Origin: the human T2T-CHM13v2.0 reference genome, Homo sapiens
NCBI RefSeq assembly: GCF_009914755.1
Contig: NC_060947.1
Strand: one strand, 5' to 3'
DNA: 64,000 nt
In this document: positions 28,100 through 40,297 of the stretch, piece by piece
Layout of the letters: every line of letters begins with the position of its first letter
How positions within the stretch are numbered: position 1 is the stretch's first letter
The notes under the pieces: model-generated
Seen by the model: only the letters and a program-made list of their open reading frames with translations
Told to the model about the DNA's origin: nothing
Databases searched by the model: none
Translations under genes and position numbers: made by a program

Positions 28100-28560
28100 T
28101 GCAAAAACTATGTTGAGGGCTTACATAAATTAGCTCGGTTAATTCTGACAATTCAGTAAGGTAGCTACAAAAATTATCCTCTTTTACAGAGGAAGAAATC
28201 AAGATTTGAAGAGTTTCTGTGCTTATCCTGATATCACACAATTCATAGGCGACAAACCTGCATCTGGAAGTCATATCTATCTGACTATGAAATCTTTGTT
28301 TTAGTCACTGTGAAGAGTCTCAGAGCAACAAATTGAAAAGATTTGCATTCCAGACTTAATAATAAAGATTGCAGCTCCATGGGCTGTTGCTTTGCAGCTT
28401 ACCATATTCTAGACACTGTTCTAAGAACTTTACATATATTAGATCCTTAGAACCCAGCAATAACCCTGTGAGATAGTCACGGTTATTATGCCTGTTTTGC
28501 AGATGAGAAAACTGAGGCTCATGCCTTGCCTACGTAGCAAGTAACAGGAATGTTCAGAGC
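28100..28560 (-). mobile_element. Two MIR fragments
   Basis: TTTTACAGAGGAAGAAATCAAG and TTTTGCAGATGAGAAAACTGAGGCTCA cores. Confidence 0.7.
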
Positions 28561-28952
28561 AAAATGATAAAATAGAAAGATGTTTCCTTTGTCGCCCAAG
28601 CACTTCATCTGCCGGGATGCTCAGTACATTTATGGTGGGCATTGGTAGGGTCCTATATAGCGCTAACAGGAGGACAAAACTGAATATCAAAATTCCTGAG
28701 TACTAGCCTCTGTTTCACCACTATTAACCGCTCTCTAGGCCCCAATTTCCCAATCTTAAATCACAGTGTTGACTGCATATCATCCTGGGCTCCAAGTACT
28801 TTGTCCCTGAGGACCTAACGGTTAAGACCAAGGGCAGCACTGTAACTATTACACATAAACAAGATAAAAGATATTATGGCTAGAGCTTTGTCTCTAGGGA
28901 ATTCGCCAAAACAATATGTGCTGAACAAGTTCTTAGAGGTTTAAATCCTAAC

Positions 28953-29460
28953 ATATCAGTTGGCATTAGATGCAGTTGTGTATAGCAGAAACTAGACTAT
29001 AGTGACTTAAACAAAGGGCAATTTTTAATATGACAAAGGTCTGGAAATTCACAGTCCAGGGCTGGTACAGTTCCTCCACAAGGCTCTTTCCAGCTTTCAT
29101 CTATGCCTTCTGCCAGTTTTTGGCATGTGGCTTTTTTCTTTCAGGTATTGAGGTGGTTGCAAAGATGGCTATTCTACCTCCAGGTATTATTTTCATGTTC
29201 AAGCATGAAAAAGTATGTGTCAACTAAGTCTGACCCTTTTTGTCAAGATAACTCCAGCTTTATTGGAAACCTCACTCGATATATTTCTGATTACATCACA
29301 CCAGACAGAACGGTGTCACATATATAACCAAAGTTCCAAGGAAGCATAGGAGGTTGAACTTTTAGCTGGCCAAATTTCTACCCTGGGGGAAAAATGATTC
29401 TTTAGTAAAGAAGGCAAGGGAGAACGTACATTCTGTAGATGAGTAGCAGCATCTGTCACA
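28953..29460 (-). mobile_element. Old MLT1 (J/K/L-like) LTR
   Basis: AGTGACTTAAACAAAG ... GTCCAGGGCTGG ... CAAAGATGGCT ... CATCTGTCACA. Confidence 0.65.
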
Positions 29461-29621
29461 GCCAATTTCACTACCGACCAGCTCTGCAATCTTGAGTGGG
29501 TTAGGTCACTTCTGGAAATATAGACATGAAGTCAGCCAGCCTTAGCTCAACCAAGGCTTACCTTTGTGAACCTAGACAAATTACTAATCACCTCAAGTAT
29601 AATAATTATAGGATATAGAAC

Positions 29622-30020
29622 TGATATAGGTTGGATATTTTCCCCTCTAAATCTCATGTTGAAATGTGATCCCCAATGTTGGCAGTGGGGCCTGGTGGGG
29701 GTGTTTCACTCATGGAGGTGGATGCCTCATGGCTTGGTGCTGTCCTCACAATGCTGAGGGAGTTCTTAGGAGATATGCTCGTTCAAAGATCTGTGGTGCC
29801 TTCACCTTCACCTTGCTCTCATTCTCACCACACGGTATGCCAGCTCTCACTTCACCTTCCACCAGGTTTTTAAGCTTCCTGAGGCCTCCCCAGAAACTGA
29901 GCACATAAATGCTTCCTGCAAAGCCTGCAGAACCATGAACCAATTAAAACTCTTTATAATTTACCCAGCCTCCGGTATTTCTTGTATTTCTTTGTAGTAA
30001 CTCAAGAACACCCTGACACA
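29622..30020 (+). mobile_element. MST (B/B1-like) solo LTR
   Basis: TGATATAGGTTGGATATTTTCCCCTCTAAATCTCATGTTGAAATGTGATCCCC; TSD AGAAC/AGAAA. Confidence 0.88.
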
Positions 30021-30029
30021 AGAAATCAT

Positions 30030-30160
30030 CATTATCCTCGTTTTACAGATGAGGAAACTAAGGCTCAGAGAGATTATGAAATTTGTTCAGAATCACACAG
30101 CTCATCAATAGCAGAACCAGAACTCAAACCAAGGTCTGCCTTAATTTAAAGTCTTTGCTT
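30030..30160 (-). mobile_element. MIR fragment
   Basis: TTTTACAGATGAGGAAACTAAGGCTCAGAGAGATT. Confidence 0.8.
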
Positions 30161-32553
30161 GACAGCGCTGCCTATATCATACACAATCCCTGGTCAAATC
30201 ATTTGGGCAGTTCACTTTCCCAGTTCACTGTATCCTTCCCAAAGTAAAGTGAATCTGTTGAACAAGTGAGGCAACACGATCATACAAGCACATGATTTAT
30301 CAGCTACACTGACATGACCAGTCAATGGAAGAAGCAACAGGGCTGAAGTGTCCCAGAAGTTCTCACACATAGGCATAAAAAAAACTTATTGTCTTTTTTG
30401 TTCTTTTTCTTTTGATTCCACCCAAGTTGCCAGAAAGTTCTGCTGTCAGCACAGTCCCACAGTGCTGCTTCCCTTACCAAGTTAAACTTATGTCACATTT
30501 AACCAGCCTGTCATGACACTATGAGTTATGGTCAAGTGTCCTTGTTTAGCAGTCGGCTTCGGTCCTTCCTGAGTGATAACCTTGATGTTAATTGGTTCTC
30601 TTCCAAGGGCATGCAACCATATTTTGCTTCTGGATAAAAACAATGCAAATGACCAGATGTTTGATTTTCTTTATAACTTACAGTCACCAGTTGGAGATAA
30701 ATTGGCTTATTTTTCCATCACCATTGCATTTTCGGTTCTGATTATATGCCACAAGCCTATACTTTCTCAAAGTATTAACCCTACTTATTTCAAAAAGCTT
30801 ATTTGACAACCATGTACATAGTCATATATTTTATTATCAATTTTCTCTCCAGCATTTTTCTCTTCAACACAGGCAAGCAAAGTCCTCAAGCTCAGAGCTT
30901 ATTAATAATAGAGTGGAAACTAGGAACTATTCCTCATATTCCCAGTACACCTTGCACTATTTTGCAATGTATTCTTAGTGTAAAATCCAATCCATCCTTC
31001 CAATCAATCTATTAACCATTTATAAATAATGCAAGTTACCTCTCTTATGCCAATACTTCATAAGAATTTTACAGTGTCCCTCTGTATTTTAATGCCACCA
31101 TAATAAAAATTAGCAAGAAATCTCAAATATATTTATGACTGTTAGCATCACTTGCCTTTGATTGAAATCTTATGTGAACAACATTGTTTTCTGACTCTAT
31201 TGACCAAACAAAAATATAGCCTTTGATTGTGTATGTAAAACAAGTTATCAGTTTAGAGAAGTGAAAGGAGTACCTTATACTAAGGCTTCTGCAAGTACCC
31301 AACAATGTGAACGGAACCAGAACAAATGGTCACTTTTAGTGGGTTTAGATGAGAGAATGTGAAAGGATGGAGAGCTTGGCCTTCTTAATTTGGTCTCACA
31401 TCTCTAACCTGGTAAGTCGTTTTCATCATAATAAGAGGTAATAAAAGAGTATTTTTCTCCTTCAGCAATAGATCCAAAAAAAAAAAAAAAAACCAAGCTA
31501 TTCACATAAGATTTTAATTTGCCATCAAGATGGCTGCAAGGTTGACAATTTTGCAGTACAATCATTTTTTTTCAAAGTATTCCCATGTATATTCAATATA
31601 TGGTGAGTATTTTTCATTGCTAATACTCAGTTGTGCCATTATTACACTCAAATTTAATTCTTGAGAGAATGTTTTCAGCAATTTATGACTGAATTGAAAA
31701 TGAAAATAAAGTATTTCTTTGTGATGAGAAGTGAAATTCAGTCAAATTCAAGTCTGGAAGAAAAATGGCACTGCACCACAACCATAAACTTTTAGAGAAA
31801 GACAATTTCCAACAATGTGATTTATCGTCATAACATTCTAGAATTCTGTCTTTTCCAACAAAGCTTCACAATAATTTGGGGATGGCAGGCCTGGAACGCA
31901 CATTATTCTCTAAACATAGCATTGCTCACTTGTATGCCACTGTAAATAAAGAAGCCACTGCGCTGCCTGACATGTAGGGTGCCAGAAGGCAAGTTATCTT
32001 GAAATTAACTTCTGTCTAATATGATTAGCAGTTGGTAGCTGCAGGTGACTCAGCACCTCTGACACTCCAGGAAGACCTAATTGCTCCTCTTTGAGAAGAA
32101 TATGCGGGGACTTTGCCCATAGGGTTATTTTTTAGACTATTCATAGGATTTCTGAATTTCTCAATTCTCTTCAAGGAAAATAATTTAACAAAAACAATCT
32201 CACTACAATACATTCACCACATGGTAGCAGGAATTTCCTATAATATTATGTTTAAAAAGCATGATATAAAATTGTATATACAGTATGAACTCAAATTGCT
32301 AAGACATGTGCATAGCCAAAGCACTGAGAGTAACAAATCAAATATTAGCCATGGCTTTTCTTTAGGCAGTGAAACTGTCAGAGATTGTCATTTTCTTCTT
32401 TGGACCTTTCTGGATTTTCAATGTTCCTTTTAGTTTTAGCATATAATACATTTTTAAGGAAAAATAAGGCACCATTTAGAAATGGTCAATTAGAAACTTG
32501 TATTCATACTGTTGACTTTTATTTCCAGTGGTTGGTTCAATATTGAAGTTCTC

Positions 32554-32823
32554 AGTTGGGCGTGGTAGCTCACCCCTGTAATCCCAGCAATTCGGGAGGC
32601 CCAGGTGGGCAGATTGCTTGAGCCCAGGAGTATGAGACCAACCTAGGCAACATGGCGAAACCTCTTCTCTACATAAAACTATAAAAAATTAGACAGGTGT
32701 GGTGGCACATGCCTATAGTCCTACCTACTCAGGAGGCTGAGATGGGAGAATCACTTAAGCCCCTGAAGTCGAGGCTGCAGTGAACTGTGATTGTGCTAGT
32801 AGACTCTAGCCTGGGCCACAGAG
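32554..32823 (+). mobile_element. AluJ SINE
   Basis: GCTTGAGCCCAGGAG and GAGGCTGCAGTGA AluJ diagnostics; tail replaced by a microsatellite. Confidence 0.9.
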
Positions 32824-32834
32824 ACGTATACATA

Positions 32835-32837
<3 letters not shown>

Positions 32838-32888
<51 letters not shown>

Positions 32889-32889
32889 C
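32838..32889 (+). repeat. (TG)n(CG)n microsatellite
   Basis: About 22 TG units followed by CGCGCGC. Confidence 0.97.
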
Positions 32890-33379
32890 AAAGTTCTCCT
32901 TTCTTTAGCCTAACTAAAGAAAAGGAAGATTTTTTTTTAAAAAATTCCCTGGGTTTCTGGGGTGTCAGAGGGCAAGTTATCTCAAAACTAACTTCTGTCT
33001 AATATGATAATATGTGGGTTGAAGATGCTACAGTGAACTCCTCTCACAAATTCTTCTTGCATTTGATGGTTCTGGTGCCCATTCATTTAATAGGGAATTT
33101 TGAAATCTGATGAAGTATTTGCTCCTAGATTGTCTTGAACTCCAAATACTTTCATGATGAAAAACACATTTTACAAAATAGTGGAAGAGTTACTCCCCTC
33201 ACTTTTGCTCTCTCATTTATTTAGAAATAAGATTTAGTGTCAGAATTGCTTTCAAGAACAAAGAAGAGAGTAGGAATCACTTCCTGGAGAAGCTCCCAGG
33301 AATAGGGAGGCAATATTGAGAGGGTGGCACTGATTATCCTGACCACTGTCTCTCTATATATATGGGTCCTGTTGCACTA

Positions 33380-33510
33380 TGGTCCACAGAATCACCTAGG
33401 CTCCATCCCCAACCTGCTGAATCAGAATCTCTAAAGGTTAGATCAGTAATATGCAGTGTTAGATAAATATCTCAGGCCAGTCTAATGCAAACTAAAGTAT
33501 GACAGCTATT
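33380..33510. mobile_element. MER5 (hAT-Charlie) fragment
   Basis: CAGAATCACCTAGG...CCTGCTGAATCAGAATCTCT. Confidence 0.65.
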
Positions 33511-33613
33511 ATACTAATTCAGGAAGTTTTTGTTATCTATATTATTGTAGCAACTATGGGTGGGATCACCTTTTATGATGTCACATCCATAGCTAGGAAG
33601 ATGTAAAAGCTTA

Positions 33614-34089
33614 TGCTGAGTCTGACCCACAGACCCTGGCTGGACGACAGATGAACAAATGCACTCAGACACAGGTATCCAGTGAAAGAGCGGGCTAGAG
33701 GACCGGGCCACTCACAGAAAGAGTTGTAGCAGCTGCAGCCTTGACAAGCCAGTGCTGCGGGCATTTATTCAGTACAGATTTACTGACAAAGGCCTTGAGT
33801 CAACACACTTGTGAGTAATTAACATGGTAGCGCCCTCCCCCCAACCCAAACAGAGAGCAGTCCTGCGCTTGGATGATTAAAGGCCAGATTCTGAGGCCTA
33901 AGAAAACTAACTTATCTAGATCAGTTTCTTTACATCCCATTTTTATCTGACCTAAACTTTCAGGCACTGGATAAGATAATCTGGCTGCCTTCAGCCATAT
34001 CCTTTTCTGAAGCTTTTGTAAAACTTCCCGGCCTTCCAAGAAGGTTTGCATCTTTCTACAATTTTTCCCACCACCCTGACTGATCTACA
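33614..34089 (-). mobile_element. LTR22-family (HERV-K HML-5) solo LTR
   Basis: Minus strand begins TGTAGATCAGTCAGGGTGGTGGGAAAAATT; TG...CA ends; perfect 6-bp TSD AGCTTA at 33608-33613 and 34090-34095. Confidence 0.85.
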
Positions 34090-34393
34090 AGCTTATTTTG
34101 GAGTCATCATTAATTATTACCCATTTTTTCTGTATTTATGATAATGACCTATTGGATCAAGGAATAGAGAGAGTAGAATTTGCTCTCATTCGCTCAGGTA
34201 AGAAGATGGAGATAATTTTTCTTACTCATATCCTAGTTGAGTGGCCCTTTCCTTACAACACACTTATGAAGAAATGCTGCATAATTTTTATTTATTCACT
34301 CAAGAAAAAAATTTCTGAGCATCCTTTATGTGCTTCCTCTTCACTTTGCTAGCTATAGGAAATGCAGCAGTGAATAAGACATGGCATCTACCT

Positions 34394-34892
34394 CGTTTAG
34401 TTTCCTATTGCTTGTGTAACAAATTACCACTAACAATAGCTTAAAACAACACAAATATATTACTAGAAATTTATGGAAATTTGAAGTCCAAAAGTGGTCC
34501 TCACTGGACTAAAATCACAGTGTCAATAGGGCTGTGGTCCTTTCTGGAGGTCCTAGGGGAAAACTGGTTTTCTTGCATTTTTTTCAGCTTCCAAAGTTAG
34601 CCTGCATTTCTTGGTCCATGGCTCACTTTCTCCATCTTCAAGGCCAACAAAGTTTCATCTCTCTGACAATTCTTGCATTATCATGTCTCCATCTTACCAC
34701 AGTCAAAAAGGGTCCTCCAATTTTAAGGGCCCATGTGATTAGTCAGGATCATCTAGATAATTCCAGATAATTTCTCTCTCTTAAGGTCCTTAACTTTAGT
34801 CACAGAGGCAGAATTCCTTTTGCCATGTAAGGTAGCATTGATTAGGATTAGGATGTGGACCTCCTTGTGAAGGCATTATTCTGCCTACCATA
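34394..34892 (-). mobile_element. MLT1C/D LTR inserted in an L2 3' end
   Basis: TTAGTTTCCTATTGCTTGTGTAACAAATTACCAC ... ATTATTCTGCCTACCATA. Confidence 0.85.
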
Positions 34893-35336
34893 CTACTCAA
34901 AGCTCAGTTCTGGCATAGAGAAAAAAAACATATGAATAATCACAGATTAATGTGCTGCATGCCATAATGATGACATGTGCAATCTCCCATGGCAGCATAA
35001 AAGAAAGAACCACAAATTTGGTCAGGGAGTAGACCGGGTAGGTTTCTCAAAGAAGATGGTGCTTAAGCTGAGGTTTGATGGCTGATTAAGGAAAGAGAAA
35101 ATGACAAGGAGTGTTACACTTTGGTTTAAACCACAGCTCCATCACATATGAGCTATGTGATCATTGACAACTTTATTCTGAAACCAGTATCCTCAGTTAT
35201 ATTTATAGAATGAATTATTTTTTTCTTATACTTGTTGTATGTATTAAATTAGTTAAAGGTGATGAAAGTGCTGTTTGCAAGCTGTGATTTCCAGTAAATG
35301 GAGAGTTCTGTTCATTTGTGTGGCTCCTTATGAGGT

Positions 35337-35622
35337 ATAGTAACTAGATATTGCAAATAAAAATAAAAGTAAGCCAGTTACATCAAACAATGAATAACTT
35401 TTGGTATAAGTATCCTTCATGCAATATTTGAGATATACTAAAACATTATTTACTGTTCATATAAATTATGATTATTTAAAATTCATTTATTCATTTTTAA
35501 TTGACAATTATGTATATTGATGGGTTATACAGTGATGTTTTGATCTATGTATACATTATGGAGTCAATTAAGCTAATTAACATAAATTTAACTGAACAGC
35601 TCACATTTTATTTAGCAACCCT
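35337..35622. mobile_element. MER53 hAT MITE split by a short L1MA fragment (about 35470-35583)
   Basis: GCAAATAAAAAT...TATAAGTATCCTTCATGCAATATTTGAGA ... AATTTAACTG...ATTTTATTTAGCAACCCT. Confidence 0.75.
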
Positions 35623-35899
35623 TTTAAATATTTTATTTTATTTAAAATTGACAAAATTATATATTTATCATTTACAGAAAAACAAACACTGCATGATCTC
35701 ACTTATACGTGGAATGTGAAAAAGTTGGTTTAATAGAAGCAGAGAGTAGAATGGTGGTTACCAGGGACTCGGGTGGTTGTAGTGGATGGGGGTTGGCAGT
35801 ATGTTGTTAAAGGTATACAAAATTGTAGTTACATAGAAGCAATACGTTTAAGAGATCTACTGTAAACACGTTGAGTATAGTTAAAAAAGCATTGTATTC
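35623..35899 (-). mobile_element. Short 5'-inverted L1MA insertion
   Basis: Minus 3' terminus about 35623-35673, then plus-strand 3'UTR (ATGATCTCACTTATACGTGGAATG...); TSD AGCAACCCT at 35614-35622 and 35900-35908. Confidence 0.8.
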
Positions 35900-36149
35900 A
35901 GCAACCCTGTAAATGAGGTTGGAAGCGCTTTGTACTATTGAGAGGGCATTTTCCAGTTATGCTTAGTCCTTTTTGAAAAAACAAATCTAGGAAACCCTCT
36001 TTGTTATGCAAGAGAGAAACCATTTAAACTAAAGCAGTGTGAGAATGTATAAGGAACACTGGCTTTAGGGTCTAAAGGTCATGAATGCATTCTACAGAAA
36101 TAAGAAATGACATCAGGGCAAATTCTTCTACTTCTCCAAGTTGGAGATG

Positions 36150-36740
<591 letters not shown>

Positions 36741-37579
36741 GAAGAACTTTATATTCTTATGACAGAATTTGGACTGTAGCTAACTTTCAATTTACAAGCA
36801 ATAATGTCTCTAATATTGCTGTGAGATGTAAAGACCTCATCATTCCCCCATTATATGAATTCTCATTGGGCTAGGCATTTGGATAGTCCTAGGGAAGAAA
36901 AAAATAGGGAAACACACAGTACTTACCCTCACAGAGCTCAGTTTAGATGGAGTTTCAGACAAAAGAACAGTTGTACTGAATATTAAAACTTGTCATCATT
37001 TTTACCCCGTTCTCTGTACTCTCCCCTGAAGTGCAGGAACTGGAAGCCTGGGAACTCCATTACCCACACTTCTTTGTCAGAAGGTTTCAAAATACAACTT
37101 AGGTGTTGCCAGTGCAAACCCCAATTTGGCATTTGTATGGCAGAAGAGAAGCAGAAGCAATACTGTTTTATCTCTGGGAACACCAGGCAGATAGATACCT
37201 AGGCCTAGACAAAGTTGAGATTTTGCAGCAGGCTTTAGGTATTTCTTCAGAAGTAACCTACTTTAATGCTACATGGCAGTTGTGGCTGTATTTACTGGTT
37301 CCTTGTTACTTCATGACCTTGGAGCAAAGTTGGAAACAGGAACTTCTTAAACTCTGAAATCTAGAAGTGAAACTGAAGTCTAGTATCAGCCTCCTTGGCT
37401 TTTTTTCTCAAGCTCTTTCAATTGATTTGTAAGCACCTAATTTCTTTTGTTAAATACCTTTCTTCTTGAATTACTTGCAATGATGCCTGTTTTCCTGGTA
37501 AACCCTGAATGATTGCAAAAGGTGATTGCAAAAGGTGACACGATTGCAAAAGGTAGTCTGGAAATATATAATATTGGAA

Positions 37580-38530
37580 CCTAATAGGTATTTTAGGACA
37601 CAAGGAAGTTTAATTGGAAGCAAGATACAGGTCATGAGAGGACATAGCTCAGTATGTCTTTATCCAGCGACAAAGGGGAAGAGTGGTGAAAAATTAGGCT
37701 AGAGAGGTGGGGAAGGCAGACAGTGATGACACTGCAAAGGGTTCTGTAAGAAAGTGAACTACTGCATGGTGGTAGAGCAAGTGAGATTGAAGGCATATGA
37801 AGATGGATGATGTAATCATATCTAAGAAAAAAATATTCCAGCTTCCGTGTAGATAGTGGTCTGTATAGTCTAACAACAGAAACAGAACCAGTTAGAAAAG
37901 TATAGTGGCAAATCAGGTGAGAAAAGACAGTACCTCGGACTACAAACATAGAAATAAGGCTGAGGAAAGTGGGCAAATTCAAGATATATTTTTCCTCTAG
38001 AACTGACAAGACTTGTTAATAGATAAAATGTCATTGGTGAGGGAGATGAAGGAGTCTAGAATAATATCTATGTTTTTGGCCTTAGCAACTGGATAGATAG
38101 AGGTGTCTTATACTAAAATGTGCATGCCTAGGGACATACACCATTTAGAGAAGAAAAATTCAGACTTTACTGTTGGACATAGTAAAGGGGAAGTGCTTTT
38201 GAAGCATCCAATTGGAGATAACCAACCAGCAGTTGGAAACAGAGGTCTAGACAAACACAGTCATGGGTATCTAAGAGGATAGACGTCTAAATTCAGGAGA
38301 GTCATTGGCATTTAGATGATAAATAAAATGCATTGGCTATGAGAGATAACCTGGGGAGGTGTAAAGTAAGAACTAAAAGATAGTTTAGGACAAATGTCTG
38401 AAGAACTTCAAACTTAGGGGCTTCAAAAAAGGGTATGGTCAACTGTGATAAAAGCTGTACAAATATCAGGTATAATAAGATCTAAAGGGGATCCAGTGGA
38501 TTAACCAATATGCACATTATTGATTACCTT
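37580..38530 (-). mobile_element. L2 fragment
   Basis: Purine-rich antisense L2 (GAAGGAGTCTAGAATAAT...TTTTTGGCCTTAGCAACTGGATAGAT). Confidence 0.75.
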
Positions 38531-39671
38531 AACACCAGTTATTATGTATATATATATATGTATTAGTGATCTATGATCAGTGAGCTTTGATGTTACTATT
38601 ATAATTGTTCTGAGATGCCATGAACTGTCCCAATATAAGATGGCAAACTTAACTGATAGTTGTATGTGTTCTGACTTCTCCACCCACCAGCCATTCTGCT
38701 GCATCTCTCCCTCTCCTAAGGCCTCCCTATTCCCTAAGTTACAACTATATCAAAATTAGGCCAATTGATAACCCTACAATGGCATTCCAAGTGTTCAACT
38801 GAAAGGAAGAGCAATCCATCTCACTTTAAATCAAAAGCTAGAAAAAAAATGAACTTAGAAAAAACATGTTGAAATCCAAGATAGGTGAAAAGCTATGTCT
38901 CTTGTGTCAATCAGTTAGCCAAGTTCCCAAAGCCAAAGGAAAGTTCTTGAAGGAAAGTAAAAGTGCTACTCCAATGAATACACTGATGATAAGAAAAAGG
39001 AACAGGCTTATTGTTGATATGGAAAAAGTTTGAGTGGTCTTCACAGATAATCAAATGAGTCACAACATTTCTTTAAGCCAAAACCTAATTCAAAAAAAAA
39101 AAAAGGTCCCAACTCTCCTCATTTGTATGAGGCCTGGTAGTTGACAAAGCTGCAGAAGAAATGTTTGAAGCTAGCAGAGGCTGGTTCATGAAGTTTAAGG
39201 AAAGAAGCCATCTTCACAACATAAAAGTGCAAGGTGAAGCAGCAAGTTCTGGTGGTGAAGCTGCAGCAAGTTATCCAGAAAATCTTGCTAAGACGATTCA
39301 TAGAGCTAGCTAGACTAAACAGCAGATTTTCGATGTAGACAAAACAGCCTTATATTGGAAGAAGATGCCATCTAGGATTTTCATAGCCAGAGAAATAAAT
39401 CGATGTCTGGCTTCAAAGCTTCAAAGGACAGGCTGTCTTATTAGGAGCTAATGCAGCTGGTAACTTTAAGCTGAAGTCAATGCTTATTTACCTTTCTGAA
39501 AATCCTATGGACCTTAAGAGTTATGCTAAATCTACTCTGCCTTTGCTCTATAAATTGAACAAAGCTTGGATAACAACACATCTGTTCATAGCATGGTTTA
39601 CTGAATATTTTAGCCCCACTGTTGAATCCGACAGCTCAGAAAAAAAAGGTTCCTTTCAAAATATTACTATT

Positions 39672-39757
39672 TTTTTCTATTTTCATATATATATATATAT
39701 ATATATTTATTCTACTTTAAATTCTAGGGTACATGTGCACAAGGTGCAGGTTTGTTG
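39672..39757 (-). mobile_element. Ultra-short L1PA 3' end inserted in Tigger1
   Basis: TACTTTAAATTCTAGGGTACATGTGCACAAGGTGCAGGTTTGTT; perfect 15-bp TSD CAAAATATTACTATT at 39657-39671 and 39758-39772. Confidence 0.9.
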
Positions 39758-40201
39758 CAAAATATTACTATTGACAATGCATGTAGTCGCCAAGAGCTCT
39801 GAAGGTGATGTATAAGAAGATTAATGCTGTTTTCATGCCTACTAACATAACCATTCTTAAGTCCACGGATCAATGAGTTAATTTCTAATTTTAAGTCTTA
39901 ATATTTAAGAAATACATTTTGTAAGGCTATAGCTGCCATAGATGGTGATTATTCTGATGAATCTGGGCAGAGTAAGTTGAAAACCTTCCAAAAATGATTC
40001 GACATTCTAGATGATTCATGATTAATGGGAAGAGGTCAAATATCAATGTGAACAAGAGTTTGGAAGAAGTTGATTCCAACTCTTACAGATGACTTTAAGG
40101 GGGTCAAGACTTCAGTGGAGGAAGTAAGAGCAGATGTGATAGAAGTAGCAAGAGAACTACAAGTGGAACCTGAAGACGTGACTTAATTGTTGCAATCTCT
40201 T

Positions 40202-40297
40202 TTAATATCTTTTTTAATTTTTAATTTTTGTGGGTATATAGTAGGTATATATTTATAGGGTACATGAGATATTTTGGTTTGTAACACAAAGGATAAA
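40202..40297 (-). mobile_element. Micro L1MA1/2-like insertion with inverted 5' piece in Tigger1
   Basis: TTTTTGTGGGTATATAGTAGGTATATATTTATAGGGTACATGAGATATTTTG then sense GTTTGTAACACAAAGGATAAATGCT; TSD TG(T/C)TGCAA(T/G)CTCTT at 40188-40201 and 40298-40311. Confidence 0.8.

Noticed and set aside
36983-37560. Overlapping short ORFs and GATTGCAAAAGGT x3 (37511-37554)
   Set aside because: Sequence ends like an old ERVL/MaLR LTR; the 13-mer is a local slippage repeat without spacers, not CRISPR-like
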